Assembly (NCBI GenBank): GCA_964016885.1
Contig: OZ024743.1
Location: 245,830,001-245,894,000 of the forward strand
DNA length: 64,000 nucleotides
Source: Eledone cirrhosa
Taxonomy: Eukaryota
Direction: 5' to 3'
Shown here: in pieces, positions 63,765 to 64,000 of the stretch
How the letters are laid out: each line of letters starts with the position of its first letter
How positions within the stretch are numbered: position 1 is the first letter of the stretch
Notes under the pieces: generated by a model
Seen by the model: only the letters and a program-made list of their open reading frames with translations
Told to the model about the DNA's origin: nothing
The model's database searches: none
Made by a program: the position numbers and the translations under genes

Positions 63765-64000
63765 TACATACATATACATACACACACACATATGCACACA
63801 TGCACACACATATACATATATATACACAAAATATATATAAAAATATATGTTAGATGATTCCGAAGAGAATGCTCTATGTATAGAACAGAGCTGTTAAAAT
63901 ATTTAAGTATATATAAATATATAAATATATTTTGTTGTTGAAAGAATGTGATAAAGGCAAAGGAAAAACGAGTGCTCTATGTATAGAACAGAGCTGTAAA

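Overview
Eukaryotic, AT-rich, repeat-dense genomic DNA. The SINE and RTE families and the microsatellite load look like an octopus or other coleoid cephalopod (recognition, not verified). One host gene is visible: three phase-compatible minus-strand coding exons (9219-9289, 3683-3825, 2255-2322) encode the N-terminus of a cytosolic carboxypeptidase 1 (AGTPBP1/Nna1)-like protein that runs off the left edge. A drop in CpG left of ~43.3 kb suggests a ~34 kb first intron. The rest is mostly transposon debris: several RTE LINE families, tRNA-derived SINEs, Tx1/L1-like 3' ends sitting in (GATA)n, Helitron, Penelope-like (PLE), mariner and hAT elements. Three observations stand out. (1) A ~49-nt module (hairpin plus H-type pseudoknot, with compensatory substitutions) occurs in variable copy number in RTE/SINE 3' ends and is amplified to at least 33 tandem copies that still end in an RTE tail. 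(2) About ten minimal type-I hammerhead ribozyme motifs from several PLE-like families are present, often in fold-back palindromes next to (TA)n. (3) A promoter-like TG...CA cassette with a 19-bp duplication sits just upstream of a hAT transposase start codon. Coordinates were read by eye and repeat boundaries are approximate.
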